Part shown: piece after piece, positions 43,953 to 45,475 of the stretch | Layout of the letters: each line of letters opens with the position of its first letter | Numbering within the stretch: the first letter of the stretch is position 1 | Origin: a bacterium | Lineage (GTDB): Bacteria; Desulfobacterota; GWC2-55-46; S146-80; JALXFI01 | Assembly (NCBI GenBank): GCA_027069035.1 | Contig: JALXFI010000331.1 | Span: forward strand, 1-45,475 | Direction: 5' to 3' | DNA: 45,475 bases | Made by a program: the position numbers and the translations under genes | The notes under the pieces: generated by a model | What the model was told of the DNA's origin: nothing | Database searches by the model: none | What the model saw: only the letters and a program-made list of their open reading frames with translations

Positions 43953-45328
43953 TACGACAATTCCTCCAAGATCTTTTCAGCAACCCAGTAACTGAATTCA
44001 TCTTCTATCTTCCAAGAATCCTTTGGAGACATCTCTACATGACCGACCTTGCTTCCAAGAAAGCTGTTTTTATACAGATTCTTTGTTTTAATTACATAGA
44101 TAGAACCATTTTCTTTGTAAATGGTATTTTTATCTTCTCTCAAAAGGCGTTTTTGATATCCCACGGGAGCTAATCCATACTTGTCAGGCTTCCAGTGGAA
44201 TGTGAGGTCAACTACAACCCCTATAACAGAGTCTGTATTATATAAAAGGATTGTATCGATCGCTTCTGTTATATGTTTTTCTTTTCTAAAAGGAGTAAAA
44301 TACTGTAACTGGACGATCAGGTCAGGAACATCTTCTTCTCTCTCTTTAAAGACCTCAATCATGTGCCGTAATACATTATCAAAGGGAACACTGGTTCTGG
44401 CGAGTTCCACAGGCCTTAAAAACGGGACCTCGGCTCCAAACTTCTTAGATACCTCTGCTATCTCCTGATCTTCGGTGGAGACTATCACACGATCAATCAA
44501 TTCAGTTTTTAATGCCTCTTCAATTGTGTAGGCAATAAGAGGCTTCCCATTTAAAGGCTTGAGGGCAAGTTTCTCTCTATTCCTGAACAAACCCATCGCA
44601 GGAATAACAGCGATTATATTTTTCCCTTCATAGTACTGCTTTTTATCAACAAACTTCTTCTTGACATATCTTCTCGCCTCCATCCGAGCTTCAAAGTTGT
44701 TTGACATGCTTACATCATGCTTTCTGTAATACATAAGTGGCAGATTAACATTATAGACATTGAACTTATCAATAAATCTAATCCAAAAATCATAATCTTC
44801 TTGATATCTTAACTCTTCGCTATACCCACCTATAGCATCATAACATTCTCTTCTGAACATAGCGCCTGCTGCAAGGGGATTACGGTCCAGAAGTTTGACC
44901 TCGTCATTCACCTTCTGTAAACGATAGGAATCTATTATCTCTCCGTATTTGTTAATACGATAATAATCTGGATAAACCATATGGATGTTAGGATCGCTGT
45001 CGAGTATATACGACTCTATTAGTAGGATATTCTCATCAAAGTAATCATCCGCATCCAGTCTGATAATATATCTTCCTTTTGAAGCCCTTATACCTGTATT
45101 GCATGCCTTAGCAAGCCCCACACCTTCAGTTGTAATAACCTCTATTTTCTCGGGGTACTTGTTCTTGTAGTGATTGAGTATTACAGGAGTACTGTCTGTA
45201 CTGCCATCATCCACTACTATCATCTCCCAGTCAGTAAATCTCTGTTTTATAACACTATCAAGACACTGTGGTAGATATTTCCCATAGTTGTGGGCTGTAA
45301 CTATAACGCTAACCTTTACTTCTGACAT
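43952..45328 (-). CDS. Fusion protein A: N-terminal GT2 domain (intact DxD) plus C-terminal CTP_transf_3 cytidylyltransferase-like domain
   Basis: VSVIVTAHNYGKYLPQCLDSV, VVDDGSTD, IRLDADDYF; then IIAVIPAMGLFRNREKLALKPLNGKPLIAYTIEEA, RVIVSTED, GAEVPFLRP. Start set at the ATG at 45328 (MSEVKV), which has AAGGTGGG 5 nt upstream; the ORF-track start at 45358 is a TTG. Confidence 0.75.
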   Translation of the reverse strand: MSEVKVSVIVTAHNYGKYLPQCLDSVIKQRFTDWEMIVVDDGSTDSTPVILNHYKNKYPEKIEVITTEGVGLAKACNTGIRASKGRYIIRLDADDYFDENILLIESYILDSDPNIHMVYPDYYRINKYGEIIDSYRLQKVNDEVKLLDRNPLAAGAMFRRECYDAIGGYSEELRYQEDYDFWIRFIDKFNVYNVNLPLMYYRKHDVSMSNNFEARMEARRYVKKKFVDKKQYYEGKNIIAVIPAMGLFRNREKLALKPLNGKPLIAYTIEEALKTELIDRVIVSTEDQEIAEVSKKFGAEVPFLRPVELARTSVPFDNVLRHMIEVFKEREEDVPDLIVQLQYFTPFRKEKHITEAIDTILLYNTDSVIGVVVDLTFHWKPDKYGLAPVGYQKRLLREDKNTIYKENGSIYVIKTKNLYKNSFLGSKVGHVEMSPKDSWKIEDEFSYWVAEKILEELS

Positions 45329-45475
45329 CTTTACCCACCTTTTGTAAAAAATACTCAAAGGTCATTTTCAGTCCAGCATACAGGTCCCATTTAGGTTCAA
45401 ACCCCAATATCTGCCTCGCCTTTGAGATATCAGAGAAGTTCCTTCTAACATCGCCAGAGCGAGTATCTCCATAAA
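45309..45475 (-). CDS. Extended SDR NAD-dependent sugar epimerase/dehydratase (GalE/WbpP-like); C-terminal fragment, 5' end outside the window
   Basis: My translation of the minus strand gives YGDTRSGDVRRNFSDISKARQILGFEPKWDLYAGLKMTFEYFLQKVGKDVRSKG-stop. The GD-x-R...DISKA...LG-x-P-K pattern is the typical C-terminus of this family. Its TAG at 45309-45311 overlaps the next gene by 20 nt. Confidence 0.7.
   Translation of the reverse strand, partial: YGDTRSGDVRRNFSDISKARQILGFEPKWDLYAGLKMTFEYFLQKVGKDVRSKG

Noticed and set aside
1205-44468. All other plus-strand ORFs in the track (for example 1205-1504, 1526-1924, 5009-5395, 17393-17743, 21750-22124, 37291-37677, 41015-41374, 43910-44173, 44181-44468)
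   Set aside because: Each is fully embedded antisense in a minus-strand gene with strong family motifs. The translations are Ser/Leu/Ile/Phe-rich with no recognisable domain. None sits in an intergenic gap.
1-45475. CRISPR arrays, tRNA/rRNA genes, IS elements, integrases, toxin-antitoxin or phage-defence cassettes
   Set aside because: I saw no regularly spaced direct repeats, no cloverleaf-compatible GC-rich segments in the few intergenic gaps, and no transposase, recombinase, nuclease or ATPase-type ORFs. Every ORF above 60 aa with support is a glycan-biosynthesis-type protein.

Overview
AT-rich 45.5-kb window that reads as one uninterrupted surface-glycan biosynthesis super-locus. I call 42 protein-coding genes, all on the minus strand, two of them cut by the window edges. 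Many junctions overlap or nearly abut: ATGA at 1159-1162 and 11369-11372, GTGA at 12343-12346, TAATG at 43950-43954, TGA-n-ATG at 16377-16381 and 40908-40912. Only two intergenic gaps exceed 150 bp (4255-4437 and 5266-5470). I recognised no rRNA, tRNA, CRISPR array, transposase, integrase, phage gene or defence system.

Gene content, in transcription order (right to left):
- GalE/WbpP-like SDR (C-terminal fragment only).
- Module I: a GT2-cytidylyltransferase fusion, a B12-binding radical SAM enzyme, a twitch/SPASM-like radical SAM enzyme, NeuB-family synthase 3, an SpsF-like and a NeuA-like cytidylyltransferase, NeuB-family synthase 2, and a large putative transferase.
- Wzx flippase.
- Module II: a large membrane-anchored putative transferase, SpsF-like cytidylyltransferase, PIG-L deacetylase, a nucleotide-sugar dehydrogenase homologue that appears to lack its catalytic Cys, an AsnB-like amidotransferase, WbqC, a cytoplasmic alkaline-phosphatase-superfamily protein, NeuB-family synthase 1, a PseG-like protein, a SAM methyltransferase and a second twitch-like radical SAM enzyme.
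- Module III: Gfo/Idh/MocA oxidoreductase, UxaA/GarD-family sugar-acid dehydratase, NeuA-like cytidylyltransferase, a second GT2-cytidylyltransferase fusion and a large putative transferase.
- Module IV: an Rml-like four-gene CDP-6-deoxyhexose pathway (rfbF, rfbG, cupin epimerase, SDR).
- Assembly and decoration genes: GT2, Wzy-like protein, DUF218, DegT-like aminotransferase, FemAB-like transferase, CE4 deacetylase, GT2, AsnB, GT4 and a Wzy_C ligase-like protein.

The most unusual signal is the density of ulosonic-acid machinery. There are three diverged NeuB paralogues, six CTP_transf_3 cytidylyltransferase domains and four SAF-domain proteins. These sit alongside three radical SAM enzymes and a sugar-acid dehydratase, while the canonical Neu/Pse/Leg precursor enzymes are largely not recognisable in the window.

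All family assignments come from reading motifs in the supplied translations and from my own translation of both window edges and the intergenic gaps. No homology search was run. The ORF track extends to the most upstream ATG/GTG/TTG, so I trimmed several starts.
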